Shown piece by piece: positions 1 through 9,844 of a stretch of 64,000 nt of DNA (within the stretch, counting starts at the first letter, position 1; each line of letters opens with the position of its first letter). The translations under genes were made by a program, and so were the position numbers. The notes under the pieces are model-generated. The model saw only the letters and a program-made list of their open reading frames with translations. It was not told the origin of the DNA and ran no database searches. The stretch is from an uncultured Verrucomicrobiae bacterium (lineage in GTDB: Bacteria; Verrucomicrobiota; Verrucomicrobiia; Limisphaerales; Palsa-1400), in contig OY969763.1 of NCBI GenBank assembly GCA_963702845.1, positions 1,344,001 through 1,408,000 on the forward strand. The letters are read 5' to 3'.

Positions 1-486
1 ATAGCAAATGGTCGAGCCAACAAATTTAAAGCCGCGCGCCTGGAGGTCTTTGCTCATTGCGTCGGATTCTTTAGTCTTGGCCGGGATTTGTTTGCTGACT
101 TTCCAACGGTTGATCTTCGGCGCGCCATCCGTGAACTGCCATATATACTTGTCGAACGTTCCAAATTCGTCCTGGGTCGCAAGAAAGGCTTTGGCGTTCT
201 GGACGGCTGCGGCGATTTTCAAACGATTACGAATGATGCCCGCATCAGCCATTAATTTCGCAACTTTCGCTTCGGTGTAGCGCGCGACTTTTTCGGGATC
301 GAATTGGTCAAACGCTTTGCGGAAGTTCTCGCGCTTTTTCAAAACGCAATACCAGCTCAATCCCGCCTGCATGCCTTCGAGAATGAGGAATTCAAAGAGC
401 TTGCGATCATCGTGAAGCGGCACGCCCCATTCTTTGTCGTGGTAGGCGATGTAGAGTTCATCGGTTGGCCAGGTGCATCGGGTCAT
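1..486 (-). CDS. tag: DNA-3-methyladenine glycosylase I (3' end runs off window)
   Basis: Hand translation from ATG 486: MTRCTWPTDELYIAYHDKEWGVPLHDDRKLFEFLILEGMQAGLSW..., later FKFVGSTICY. Classic TAG motifs; absent from the ORF track. Confidence 0.93.
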   Translation of the reverse strand, partial: MTRCTWPTDELYIAYHDKEWGVPLHDDRKLFEFLILEGMQAGLSWYCVLKKRENFRKAFDQFDPEKVARYTEAKVAKLMADAGIIRNRLKIAAAVQNAKAFLATQDEFGTFDKYIWQFTDGAPKINRWKVSKQIPAKTKESDAMSKDLQARGFKFVGSTICY

Positions 487-492
487 ATCAAT

Positions 493-1128
493 TTAGGCGG
501 CGCGAACGGCGGCGATGAAGTCGCGAACTTTTTTATGGTCCTTTTTGCCGGGAGCCGATTCAACCCCACTCGAAACGTCCACGCCGAACGGCACAACGTG
601 TTTAACTGCGGCTCCAATATTTTCGGGAGTCAACCCACCGGACAGAAAGATCGGACGTTTAAAGTTTTTCGCTGCGATGGCGAGGTCCCAGTTGAATTTC
701 TCGCCCGTGCCGCCTTGTTTTCCGGCGACGTAACTATCGAGCAGAAATGCGTCGGTCTCGTAGTTCGCAAGCTCCTGCAGCGTGCTTTCATCCTTCATGC
801 GGAAGGCTTTCATGCTCATCATGCCGAACTGGCAGCAAAACTCGTTTGTTTCGTCGCCATGGAACTGAAGCATGGTCAATCCGCAATGGGACAGGGCTGT
901 GCCGACAAGACCGGGCTCCGGATTAACGAAGACCCCAACGCGTATAATATATGGTGGCAGTTGTTGGTGGATGATTTCGGCTTGTTCGAGTGTTACGAAA
1001 CGGGGGCTCTTATCGTAAAACATCAGGCCAATAGCATCGGCCCCTGCTTCCGCAGCGGCCAGAGCGTCTTCGACATTGGTGATACCACAGATTTTTACTT
1101 TAACGTCCACGTGCCCACAGTTTTCCAC
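493..1128 (-). CDS. trpF: Phosphoribosylanthranilate isomerase
   Basis: VKICGIT, LQFHGDE, LLDS..GGTG, FLSGGLTPEN, GVDVSSGVE motifs. True start probably the GTG a few codons in (VDVKVKICG). Confidence 0.95.
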   Translation of the reverse strand: MENCGHVDVKVKICGITNVEDALAAAEAGADAIGLMFYDKSPRFVTLEQAEIIHQQLPPYIIRVGVFVNPEPGLVGTALSHCGLTMLQFHGDETNEFCCQFGMMSMKAFRMKDESTLQELANYETDAFLLDSYVAGKQGGTGEKFNWDLAIAAKNFKRPIFLSGGLTPENIGAAVKHVVPFGVDVSSGVESAPGKKDHKKVRDFIAAVRAA

Positions 1129-1256
1129 ACCCGCTGGGAAAATCCAGACTGGGTTAACGGGTAGGGCGTTTCGCTCGGTGATCTCCGTGGTTTAGCGTCC
1201 CGCGTGCTCGCGGAACGAAGTTTGCACATGTCTTCTTCGAAACCGATGTTCTAGGT

Positions 1257-1895
1257 ATGCGACGCATCTTTCTCCTCTCACCGGCTCGGGCCGACGGCGA
1301 GCGGGCACAGATGTTGTTACGTGGCGGCGGCGTTATAGGAGGCAAGCTCCGTCGAGGCGAAGCCATTCCAATCGGAGAAATATTTACCTTCCTGAGCGGA
1401 CTCTATTTTCGCGGCAAAATCGCCTATGCTCGACAATTTGGCGACCCGCCGCGTGGCCTGGCGGGATCGTACGTTATCACCACCAACTGCGGCCTTGTGC
1501 CACCGGAAACAAAATTCACGCTGGCGCAAATGCAGGCTTTGGCAAAAAACCAAATCGACCTTACCGACAAACACTACTGTCACACGTTGCGGAATAGCGC
1601 CGTCGAAATTGCCGAAAAGCTCACCAAACAATCCCAAATCGTTCTCTTGGGCAGCATCGCAACACGCAAGTATGTCGATTTATTATTGGAGGTCTTCGAA
1701 GAACGCCTCTTGTTCCCCATCGAGTTCGTCGGTCGCGGCGATATGAGTCGCGGTGGGCTGTTGCTGCGTTGCGCCCATGATGGTGTGGAATTGAATTATG
1801 TGCCGGTTCGCGGCGCAATCCGGCACGGCGCCAGACCTCCAAAACTTACGCCGCGTCGCTATGGGGCTTTTGGCACTGCGGGCACCAGCAAGTAG
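1257..1895 (+). CDS. Conserved hypothetical protein (possible YaaA/DUF6884-like fold)
   Basis: 212-aa ORF with protein-like composition. LSGLYF...YA...YVIT.N.GL+PP pattern; 3' end overlaps the convergent fpg gene. Confidence 0.65.
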   Translation: MRRIFLLSPARADGERAQMLLRGGGVIGGKLRRGEAIPIGEIFTFLSGLYFRGKIAYARQFGDPPRGLAGSYVITTNCGLVPPETKFTLAQMQALAKNQIDLTDKHYCHTLRNSAVEIAEKLTKQSQIVLLGSIATRKYVDLLLEVFEERLLFPIEFVGRGDMSRGGLLLRCAHDGVELNYVPVRGAIRHGARPPKLTPRRYGAFGTAGTSK

Positions 1896-2656
1896 TTCGG
1901 CCGCCGATGGTGGCGTGTTGGAGCGGCGCTTTATCGCGTGGACATTCGCCGCCGCGTTTCCAGCGGTAATTGAACAACCAATTGTTCGGCAAGTCGCCCC
2001 AATCTTTGCCGACGATGCGCATCGCTTCATTGCACACCAAGCGAACGGAGCCATGAAGTTTTTTGACTTCCGCTGCGCTCAAAGTATTCGGCTTCCTCGA
2101 AGGATGAACCTTCGCTTGCCATAAAATTTCATCGGCCATCCAATTTCCAACACCCGGAAAACCGGCCTGGGCCAGCAACACCGCTTTCAACGGTGCCTTT
2201 CCATGCCGCATCAAGAAATTGCGCATGTGTTCCAGCGTGAATTCCTTCGATAAAACTGAAACAGGCAACTCGTCCCACCAACCCGGCGCATCTTTACTCA
2301 CGCTGAAACGGATTCGTCCGAACTGTCGTGGATCGCTGAAAACCAATGACCGTTTGGCTTGTTGCAGAACCAGATGGTCGTGCTTTTTCGGTTCGTAATC
2401 GGCGGCTTCAACTCGAAGTTCACCGGTCATGCCAAGGTGCAACCCAAGCCACGCATCTTTCGAAAAGCGAAACAGCATCTGTTTGCCGTGCGTCTCGGAA
2501 CGTTGAAGAGCTGCGCCAGTGAGAGTCTTTCGTAATTGTGGGAGATCGCTCCCGCGAAAAATCCGATTCTCATGCGTCAGCACGTGGCGAACTTGTTTCA
2601 CCGATACCGGGATCCCATTGCTTTCGATAGTATTCGACTTCAGCCAATTCAGGCAT
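1846..2656 (-). CDS. Fpg/Nei family DNA glycosylase (one frameshift near 2600)
   Basis: ATG 2656 gives MPELAEVE (catalytic N-terminal PE) in a different frame from the body. Body has HLGMTG, DPRQFG, H2TH GVGNWMADE and a C-terminal zinc finger CPR...GRTTCWCPQCQ. Confidence 0.9.
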
Positions 2657-2767
2657 GTCGACAGTCTACGCAAACTGAGCAATCCGCCGACCAAAAAAAA
2701 GGCGCATGCCTGAAGTTGTTAGAAAACGATGCGCGGTTAGTTTCGATCAGGGAGGGAACTAAGAATT

Positions 2768-3268
2768 ATGAAAAAATTAACGACAATCCTTTTTGCTATG
2801 GCCTTAGGGGCAATGACTCCACAAATGGTGCGCGCCGCGAACACCGACAATCGTGACGCGGAGTTCATCCGTAAAGCTGCCGAAAGCAATCTGGTCGAAA
2901 TCCAAACCGCTCACATCGCATTGCAACGCAGCCAGAATCCGCAGATCCGGGCTTTTGCTGACAAACTTGTTACGGAGCATGTCCAGGCCAATCAGCAGTT
3001 GCAGCAGATCGCCACTGCCAAAGGCGTGGATTTTCCGAACTCAGCCACCACCGGTAAGAAACACGAAAACCAGCACCTGCAAAACATATCTCCAGCCAAA
3101 TTCGATCGTGAAGTCGTCGATTATTGGGTGAAGGATCACAAGGAAGACATCAAGGAATACGATTCTGCGGCCAAGAAAGCGAAAGATCCGCAAGTCAAAC
3201 AATACGCCGCGGGGCAGTTGCCGACGTTGCAACAACAGCTCGACTCCGCAAAAGCGCTTAAGCCTTAA
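2768..3268 (+). CDS. DUF4142 domain secreted protein
   Basis: Signal peptide; D.EF+RKAA.SNL.E...A.+A......V+.FA..+V.EH..AN..L, FD..Y/W..DH, A...LP.L pattern. Confidence 0.85.
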   Translation: MKKLTTILFAMALGAMTPQMVRAANTDNRDAEFIRKAAESNLVEIQTAHIALQRSQNPQIRAFADKLVTEHVQANQQLQQIATAKGVDFPNSATTGKKHENQHLQNISPAKFDREVVDYWVKDHKEDIKEYDSAAKKAKDPQVKQYAAGQLPTLQQQLDSAKALKP

Positions 3269-3348
3269 ATAGCAACACCACGAACCTCAACAAGCCGGTG
3301 GTTGGTCATTACAACAACACCACCGGCATTTTGTTGTCCCCCCAATTT

Positions 3349-3855
3349 ATGGACACTGTCGAAAAAATCATCGAAGTGAACGCGCCGCTCAGTGTTGTCT
3401 ACAACCAATGGACGCAATTCGAAACGTTCCCCGAATTCATGGAAACCGTTGAAGAAGTGCAGCAGCTGGATTCCAAACGAGTGCATTGGAAATCAAAATT
3501 CTCGGGGAAAGTGAAGGAGTGGGACGCCGAAATTTTCCAGCAGGAACCCGATTCGTTAATCGCCTGGCGCACGACCTCAGGTCCCGTGCAAACCGGCACC
3601 GTTTCATTTCGCACCCGCAGCCCCAGTCGCACTGAAGTCGCCGTGCGCATCGAATATCAACCCGAAACCCTGGTCGAAAGGCTGGCTGGTCGTTTTGGAA
3701 TCATTGGCCGTCGCCTTAAGAGAGACCTGGAAGCCTTTAAGGAATTCATCCAAAACCGACCCGCCGAAACCGGAGGCTGGCGCGGGCGTATCCACGGCCG
3801 GCATATCGATCAGCCCACTGAACCCCGCAGCAAAAGGCCGGACAGTTTAGGGTGA
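3349..3855 (+). CDS. SRPBCC (polyketide cyclase/dehydrase) family protein
   Basis: VEKIIEVNAPLSVVYNQWTQFETFPEFM...EWDAEI..Q.PD..IAW...DLE.FKEFI motifs. Confidence 0.88.
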   Translation: MDTVEKIIEVNAPLSVVYNQWTQFETFPEFMETVEEVQQLDSKRVHWKSKFSGKVKEWDAEIFQQEPDSLIAWRTTSGPVQTGTVSFRTRSPSRTEVAVRIEYQPETLVERLAGRFGIIGRRLKRDLEAFKEFIQNRPAETGGWRGRIHGRHIDQPTEPRSKRPDSLG

Positions 3856-3995
3856 CTGTTTTTTTGACTCAGGGAAACCTTGTCATTAGAATCAGGCGGC
3901 TTCCCTGATTGTCAAACCAACGGTTATCGAGTTTTTTTGACAGGGATTAGTACGCCCGGTTTTTACCATATGGGCGCGGAGGAACTAAAAAAAAT

Positions 3996-4580
3996 ATGAA
4001 ATCAAAACTATTCGTTGCGGCGGCGGCTTTTAGCCTGTGCGCATTTTCAACATTCGCAGAATAGTGTGACGACGACTACCACTACAAGTTGGTGGAACCA
4101 GCATGCGTGTTACGACCGCGATTCTATAAAATACAACGCGAACGAACTTCAACTCGATCTGTTCGGCACCTACAACCATGCCATCGCTAACTTCGATGAC
4201 ATCTTTGAGAATTCATGGAAACATGGCCATTGGGGTGGTGGCGTGGGCATGAATTATTTCTTCACAAGATATATCGGTTTCGGCGCGGACACGTTTTTCC
4301 AGGGGACACGGACATTTCTTCAACAACTGTCGCTGGCAATCTGTTTGTGCGCTTGCCGATCGGTAACTCCGGCTTTGCACCGTACATTTACGGTGGCGCT
4401 GGTTGGCGGGATGGAAGCACGATTCCGTTTGGGACCGATACGTTTACGGCGGATGGTGGCGTCGGCCTTGAATACCGTTTCAACCCGCATCTCGGCCTTT
4501 TCGGTGACGTCCGTTATACCTGGACCGACAAGAACGCTGATGAATGTCTCGCCCGGGCCGGTTTCCGGATCGGACTAATA
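3996..4580 (+). CDS. Outer-membrane beta-barrel (OmpA/porin-like) protein, broken by frameshifts
   Basis: ATG 3996 gives signal peptide MKSKLFVAAAAFSLCAF. Successive frames give ANELQLDLFGTY, WGGGVGMNYFFTRYIGFG, LPIGNSGFAPYIYGGAG, GGVGLEYRFNPHLGLFGDVRY. Confidence 0.75.
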
Positions 4581-4625
4581 ATAAATAAATACGCAAAACT
4601 GCAGACGTGCAGTCGCGCATTGAAC

Positions 4626-4667
4626 CGAGCGCCCCGACACCAAATGTCGGGGCGCTCGTTCTGTTTT
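4626..4667 (+). terminator. Intrinsic terminator
   Basis: 14-bp stem cgagcgccccgaca / tgtcggggcgctcg with 5-nt loop, followed by ttctgtttt, just after the beta-barrel gene. Confidence 0.85.
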
Positions 4668-4721
4668 GCCCAAAAGCTGAATTGCTAACCGGGGCTATTT
4701 CTGGCAAACAATCTCGCTCTT

Positions 4722-6260
4722 ATGGTGAAAGTCTTTTGTAAATCGCTGGCCTTGGTTGCAATTGGGGTCGGCGTTTTTGTTGTCATGCCGCGGACGAGAA
4801 TGACCCCGTTGTCGGCTCGTTATCATTTCATCGGCACGTCTCAGCTCACGGCTAAAAATTACGATACACCCGCAAAGTCTTCAACCTGCCCAGTTCGGTT
4901 GAATACCGCGATCTCGTGTTAAACCGGTCTCGCCGGACAAATCGCCGTCATTCGATTTCCGAAAATTCTGCCGTAGTCCGCGCCGATGTTGAACGATCTC
5001 TTGCCAACGAATCAACTGGTCTTTTCGGCGTGCCCGGTGCCGGAGCCCGAATCTTTCGTCATCGCCGCTCGCACTTCCAACAGATCGCGCCGCAGTCTGG
5101 AAACAGAATCTCGGCAAGTCCTCCGACAATGTTAATTCAGTGCATCGTCCATCAAGAGGGCGAATGGTTGATCGTCGCGCGCGGCGCGGCGTTGAAAACA
5201 GCAGAAGACAAATTTACTGCCGAAATCCGTAAAAATCATCGTCCGGTGCCCGGCGTTGAAGGACACCATTCTCGAAGCAAACATCGATTGGCCGCGCTTG
5301 AGCAACGTTCCGGCATCGCTGCGCTGCCGTTCAAACCGGCCGTGCTCAAATCAAAGTCTCTCCGAAAGGCAACCATCTTCGCACCGAAGTTCACGCGCAT
5401 TATCCGCAAGCGATCGCATGGAAATCGCAGCAATGGCAACTGCCCACCGAAACCATCCACGATCCCTTGTGAGTTTCACCGCCGGACAAGACGTCGGCTG
5501 CGTTTATGAAGCCGTCGCAATTGGCGAGCGCATCGGCGAAAATCCGTTCACCAACCAATTTTTCCTCTGGGCCAATCTGAACCTTCCGTTCGAAACTTCG
5601 GCGCTGTTCCCGATGAAAAACGCGCAGCGCCACTTGCAATCACTGGGTCGGGAATTGCCTACCAGGTTCAATGCGGAATTGAAGAAGAACTATAATGGCC
5701 AATTGAAATACCTCGAAGAGAACAAACAATTGGTCTGGCAGGGGGTGCCAATCCTCGCTCCATTCGTCAAGCCGATTCACGAAAAAGCCGGAGACTTTTT
5801 TTGCGTTGGAACGTTCGCATTCAATCGCCAGGGCCGCGCCCGCCCGCCGGAACTCTGGTCGCAATTCAAAGGACGCACCGATCTGGTATATTACGACTGG
5901 GAAATTGCTGGTCCGCGGTTTGCTGCAGTGGCGCATGGTCAGGCCGTTGTTGCCGATCTTCCCTGTGAAACGCGCCGGCGAAGATTCAGTTCCGCGCATC
6001 ACAAAAACTAACAAGGTGTCACATACCCCCACGGCTATCGTGGACAGTTGGATCAGTGATTTGATCCCGGGCTCTCGCCATCAAATAAAATCACTCGAAT
6101 GGCAACGTCGTGACCGAGATGACTCGCAACAGCGCCACCGATTACACGGTCGTTCGCAGTTCTCAATTTGGTTTTACCGGCATCGAGTTGTTCCTGTTGT
6201 CCCATTGGCTTGCTGATACACATCCGATGGAAGTGCGACGACCGGCACGCCGGTATCAAT
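4722..6260 (+). pseudogene. Large hypothetical membrane-anchored protein, fragmented into several + strand ORFs
   Basis: N-terminal hydrophobic segment, then protein-like fragments in alternating frames (ILEANIDWPRL, KGRTDLVYYDWEI). Probably one gene with many indels. Confidence 0.5.
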
Positions 6261-6327
6261 GCCCCCAGGATCCGTCCGCGTGCCTGTAAAATAACTGGGC
6301 CGCGAACGTGTAGCTTACGAACACGCT

Positions 6328-7065
6328 ATGTTGAAATTCGGCGTAAACATCGACCACGTAGCCACGCTCCGTGAAGCGCGCTATCGCGGACTCGCCAAAG
6401 GCGAGCCCGACCCGATTGGCGCGGCCATCGTCTGTGAAGCCGCGGGTTGCGATGGCATTACTGCACATCTGCGCGAAGACCGCCGTCACATGCAGGACCG
6501 CGACATCACGCGTCTGCGCGACGTCGTAAAGACGCGGCTCAATTTAGAGATGGCGAACTCGCCAGAGATCATTGCCTTCGCCTTGAAAACCAAGCCCGAG
6601 ATCGTTTGCATTGTCCCGGAGCGCCGGCAAGAGGTGACGACGGAAGGTGGATTGGACGCCGCCGGCCATCGCGCCTCGTTGACCGAGACCTGCAAAAAAA
6701 TGAAGGACGCCGGGATCGAAGTCAGTCTGTTCATCGCGCCCGATCCCGCGCAGGTGGAGGCGTCAGCACAAATTGGTGCGCAATTCATCGAGCTTCACAC
6801 AGGTTCGTTTGCTGAACATTTCGATGATCCGGCTGCGCAGAAACGTGAGCTGGATCGACTCATTGCAGCCGCCAACCAGGCACATCAACTCGGGCTGAAA
6901 GTGAATGCCGGGCACGGCTTGAATTACAAGAACACAGAAGTTTTGTTTGCCGTCCCGCACATGGTTGAGTTGAACATCGGCCACAGTATCATCAGCCGCG
7001 CTGTGTTTGTCGGCCTCGACCGCGCCGTCCGCGAGATGTTAGGCATCATGGAGAAATATCCCTAA
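6328..7065 (+). CDS. pdxJ: Pyridoxine 5'-phosphate synthase
   Basis: [58 protein letters not shown]. Confidence 0.98.
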   Translation: MLKFGVNIDHVATLREARYRGLAKGEPDPIGAAIVCEAAGCDGITAHLREDRRHMQDRDITRLRDVVKTRLNLEMANSPEIIAFALKTKPEIVCIVPERRQEVTTEGGLDAAGHRASLTETCKKMKDAGIEVSLFIAPDPAQVEASAQIGAQFIELHTGSFAEHFDDPAAQKRELDRLIAAANQAHQLGLKVNAGHGLNYKNTEVLFAVPHMVELNIGHSIISRAVFVGLDRAVREMLGIMEKYP

Positions 7066-7068
7066 GCC

Positions 7069-7446
7069 ATGATCCTTGGCACCGGCATCGACATCATCGA
7101 AGTCGAACGCATTGAAGCGTCGCACGAAAAGTTTGGAGAGCGATTTCTCAATCGCATCCTCGTTCCCGGTGAGATGGAATATTGCCTCTCCCACAAGAAG
7201 CCCGGCCCCTTTCTCGCGGCGCGATTTGCCGCGAAGGAAGCTGTCTCAAAAGCCTTCGGTACGGGCATCGGCGCGCACCTCAGTTGGCAGGACATTGAAG
7301 TGAAGCGCAAAGAATCCGGAGAACCCTACGTCGTCATGCATGGCAAAGGCGCGGAGCTGCTGAAACAACGTGGCGCCCGCATCGTGCACCTCACCATCAG
7401 CCACACCGAAAAGCACGCCACCGCCATGGCGATCCTTGAATCGTAA
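7069..7446 (+). CDS. acpS: Holo-[acyl-carrier-protein] synthase
   Basis: GTGIDIIEVERI, LAARFAAKEAVSKAFGTG, TISH; directly follows pdxJ. Confidence 0.97.
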   Translation: MILGTGIDIIEVERIEASHEKFGERFLNRILVPGEMEYCLSHKKPGPFLAARFAAKEAVSKAFGTGIGAHLSWQDIEVKRKESGEPYVVMHGKGAELLKQRGARIVHLTISHTEKHATAMAILES

Positions 7447-7514
7447 TCTGCAAGCACCGTAGGTGCGGAATTGTCTATGATTCCTTTCTGGAGAAATACA
7501 GTAGCTACAAAAAC

Positions 7515-7544
7515 TTGACAGACAATCTCGTCACTCTGTATAAT
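7515..7544 (+). promoter_or_regulatory. Consensus sigma70-type promoter
   Basis: TTGACA (7515-7520), 18-nt spacer, TATAAT (7539-7544). Confidence 0.6.
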
Positions 7545-7586
7545 GTAGTTCGGAAATTCCTAATGAATTTCCGAACTACATTATAC
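7538..7586. repeat. Perfect 22-bp inverted repeat with 5-nt loop
   Basis: gtataatgtagttcggaaattc-ctaat-gaatttccgaactacattatac. Confidence 0.95.
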
Positions 7587-7682
7587 CTGCCGGAGCGACA
7601 TGGCTTTTACTTTGTAAGTGATTGAACGTGTGTAGTTTGCAAGAGTTTCGTTTTATACGTCTCAAGTCTAAAAACGCTGAGA

Positions 7683-9572
7683 CTAGTTTTTAGACTGAGA
7701 CTTCAACCACACCGCCATATCACCGTCGTCGCGATTGTCCCATGCGAAATACGGTATCGCCCGGGTGTTACCTTTCAACATGGTGACACCGCCTAACAAA
7801 CTTGGACGATATTCCGGCGTCAGCGAGTCGTTGCTCGATAAGGTGAGGGTGCGTGCGCGGTCGTCGTTGTCGTCGCCTTCGAAGCAATACACGACCGGGC
7901 CGCGCTGGATCGCCACTCGGCCGCGATCGGCGGCGACTTTCTCGATGGCTTTCACACGCCGAACCGGCATCGGCAGATTGAGCTGAACAACGTCGCCGGA
8001 TTTCCATTTTCGATCGATTGTCGCGTAGCCGTTTTCAATTTTCGTTTTCGTTGATTTGCCGTTCACCAAAATCGTGACTGGCTGGGCTTTGTCTTCGAAT
8101 TGATAGAGGTCGTTTGTCGAGGAGTTGCCGCACCAATTCGGAATCCGCAATGCGAGGGTGAACCTGGAGTTTTTTTGCAGGTCGAGGGTGATCTTCACCT
8201 CGCCATCCCACGGGTATTTGGTCTCTTCTTTCAACGAAACGGTCGTGCCCGCTACATCTATGTGCGCGCGGCTCGCGGTGTATTGACTGACGAGAATTTG
8301 TTTATCGTCGTGCGCGTAGAGATAGCCACCGATCGTTGGCAGAAACCGCACGACGTTGACGGGGCAACAGGCGCAGCCGAACCATTGTTGGCGATGATGT
8401 TTGCCGGCGGATTCGAGCGGGTTGACGTAGAAGAATTTTCCTCCGTCAAGCGAGACGCCGCTGAGCGCGCCATTGTAGAGGACGCGTTCGACGACGTCGG
8501 CGTATTTGGCATCGCCGTGCAGCAAGGCCATGCGTTGGTTCCAAAAGGCCATACCGATACTCGCGCACGTTTCGCAATAGGCAGATTCATTCGGTAGATC
8601 ATACGCGACCGTAAAGCCTTCGTTCTTGGCGGACGGACCGATGCCGCCAGTCAGATACATTTTGCGTTGGGTAACGTCGTTCCAAATCGCGTCGAGTGTG
8701 GCGATGTATTTTGGATTGTGCGTGATCGCGGCGATGTCGGCGACGGCGCTGTAGAGATACATCGCACGCACGGCGTGGCCCTGAATTTCACGCTGGTCTT
8801 CGATGGGAACGTGGTCCTGGCAATACTCGCCGTAGAGCTGGCGTTTGCAGTCATGGCCGCGTTCAGCGATGAAGAATTCCGCAAGCTTCAGGTATTTGTC
8901 GTTGCCGGTGATGCGCCACAGTTTTACCAGCGCGAGTTCGATTTCTTCGTGGCCGGGGACGTCGTGTTTTTTTTCGGGACCGAAGACGCTATCAATGTGA
9001 TCTGCGACACGAATGGCGACGTCGAGGAGTTTGCGTTTGCCGGTGGCCTGGTAATAGGCGATCGCGCCTTCGATCAGGTGACCGGCGCAGTAGGTCTCGT
9101 GCATGGACTTTTCGTTGGTCCAACGTTTACCGAGCTCTTTGTTGATGGTGTAGAAGGTGTAGAGATAACCGTCGGGTTGTTGGGCGGCGGCGATTTTGTC
9201 GATGACTCCGTCGATGGTTTTTTCAAGTTCCGGATCGCGTTGTTGCGAGAGCGAGTAAGCTACGCCTTCGATCACTTTGTAAACGTCCGAGTCATCGAAG
9301 AAAATCCCTTCGAATTTCCCCGGCATGAGTCCGGCCGCTTTTGCGAAATTATTGATGCGGCCTTCGCAAAACTGCAGATCGTGCGGAACAATCTTCTCGC
9401 GATTCATTTTGATGCGCGGCGCCCAGAACTCGCTGTCGATTTGGACGTCGGTGAAAGGGACCGCGACGAGCTCTGATTGTTTCGCGGCGAAACAACTGAG
9501 CGCGATGACAAAGAAGAAAAGCGGGAGCAAGCTCCACGCATTCCATATGCAATTCTTAGTCCAACGGCTCAC
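7683..9572 (-). CDS. Glycoside hydrolase family 127 (beta-L-arabinofuranosidase-like), secreted
   Basis: Signal peptide; FDDSDVYK, HETYCAGHLIE, GHEEIELAL, GHAVRAMYLY, AYCETCAS, FFYVNPL, CACCP, RIPNW, IQRGPVVY, IPYFAWDNR. Confidence 0.95.
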   Translation of the reverse strand: MSRWTKNCIWNAWSLLPLFFFVIALSCFAAKQSELVAVPFTDVQIDSEFWAPRIKMNREKIVPHDLQFCEGRINNFAKAAGLMPGKFEGIFFDDSDVYKVIEGVAYSLSQQRDPELEKTIDGVIDKIAAAQQPDGYLYTFYTINKELGKRWTNEKSMHETYCAGHLIEGAIAYYQATGKRKLLDVAIRVADHIDSVFGPEKKHDVPGHEEIELALVKLWRITGNDKYLKLAEFFIAERGHDCKRQLYGEYCQDHVPIEDQREIQGHAVRAMYLYSAVADIAAITHNPKYIATLDAIWNDVTQRKMYLTGGIGPSAKNEGFTVAYDLPNESAYCETCASIGMAFWNQRMALLHGDAKYADVVERVLYNGALSGVSLDGGKFFYVNPLESAGKHHRQQWFGCACCPVNVVRFLPTIGGYLYAHDDKQILVSQYTASRAHIDVAGTTVSLKEETKYPWDGEVKITLDLQKNSRFTLALRIPNWCGNSSTNDLYQFEDKAQPVTILVNGKSTKTKIENGYATIDRKWKSGDVVQLNLPMPVRRVKAIEKVAADRGRVAIQRGPVVYCFEGDDNDDRARTLTLSSNDSLTPEYRPSLLGGVTMLKGNTRAIPYFAWDNRDDGDMAVWLKSQSKN

Positions 9573-9841
9573 GGTGTAATCTCCAGATCATCTAAACCGG
9601 AGTCCTCCATAAAATTCTCATAAAACCTGAGCGTATCAGTGCGGGCGAAACCGGCGCGTTCGTCCGCTATCAGCTCTTTAAGCGCTTCCCGAATCGCTGC
9701 GAGTTCCTCGGGTGTGGCCGAACGCAAATTGAAAGCGATATCTTCCAAAGCCTTGATTGCATTGTCTGGATCAACGATATCGTCTCCAGCCAATTCAAGG
9801 AACGCTGCAGCCCCGATTAAAGCCTTCGCAAGTGTTTTCAT
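9569..9841 (-). CDS. Small acidic helical hypothetical protein
   Basis: 90-aa ORF tightly packed between neighbours; FLEL.GDD.VDPD.AIKALE motif. Confidence 0.7.
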   Translation of the reverse strand: MKTLAKALIGAAAFLELAGDDIVDPDNAIKALEDIAFNLRSATPEELAAIREALKELIADERAGFARTDTLRFYENFMEDSGLDDLEITP

Positions 9842-9844
9842 TTC

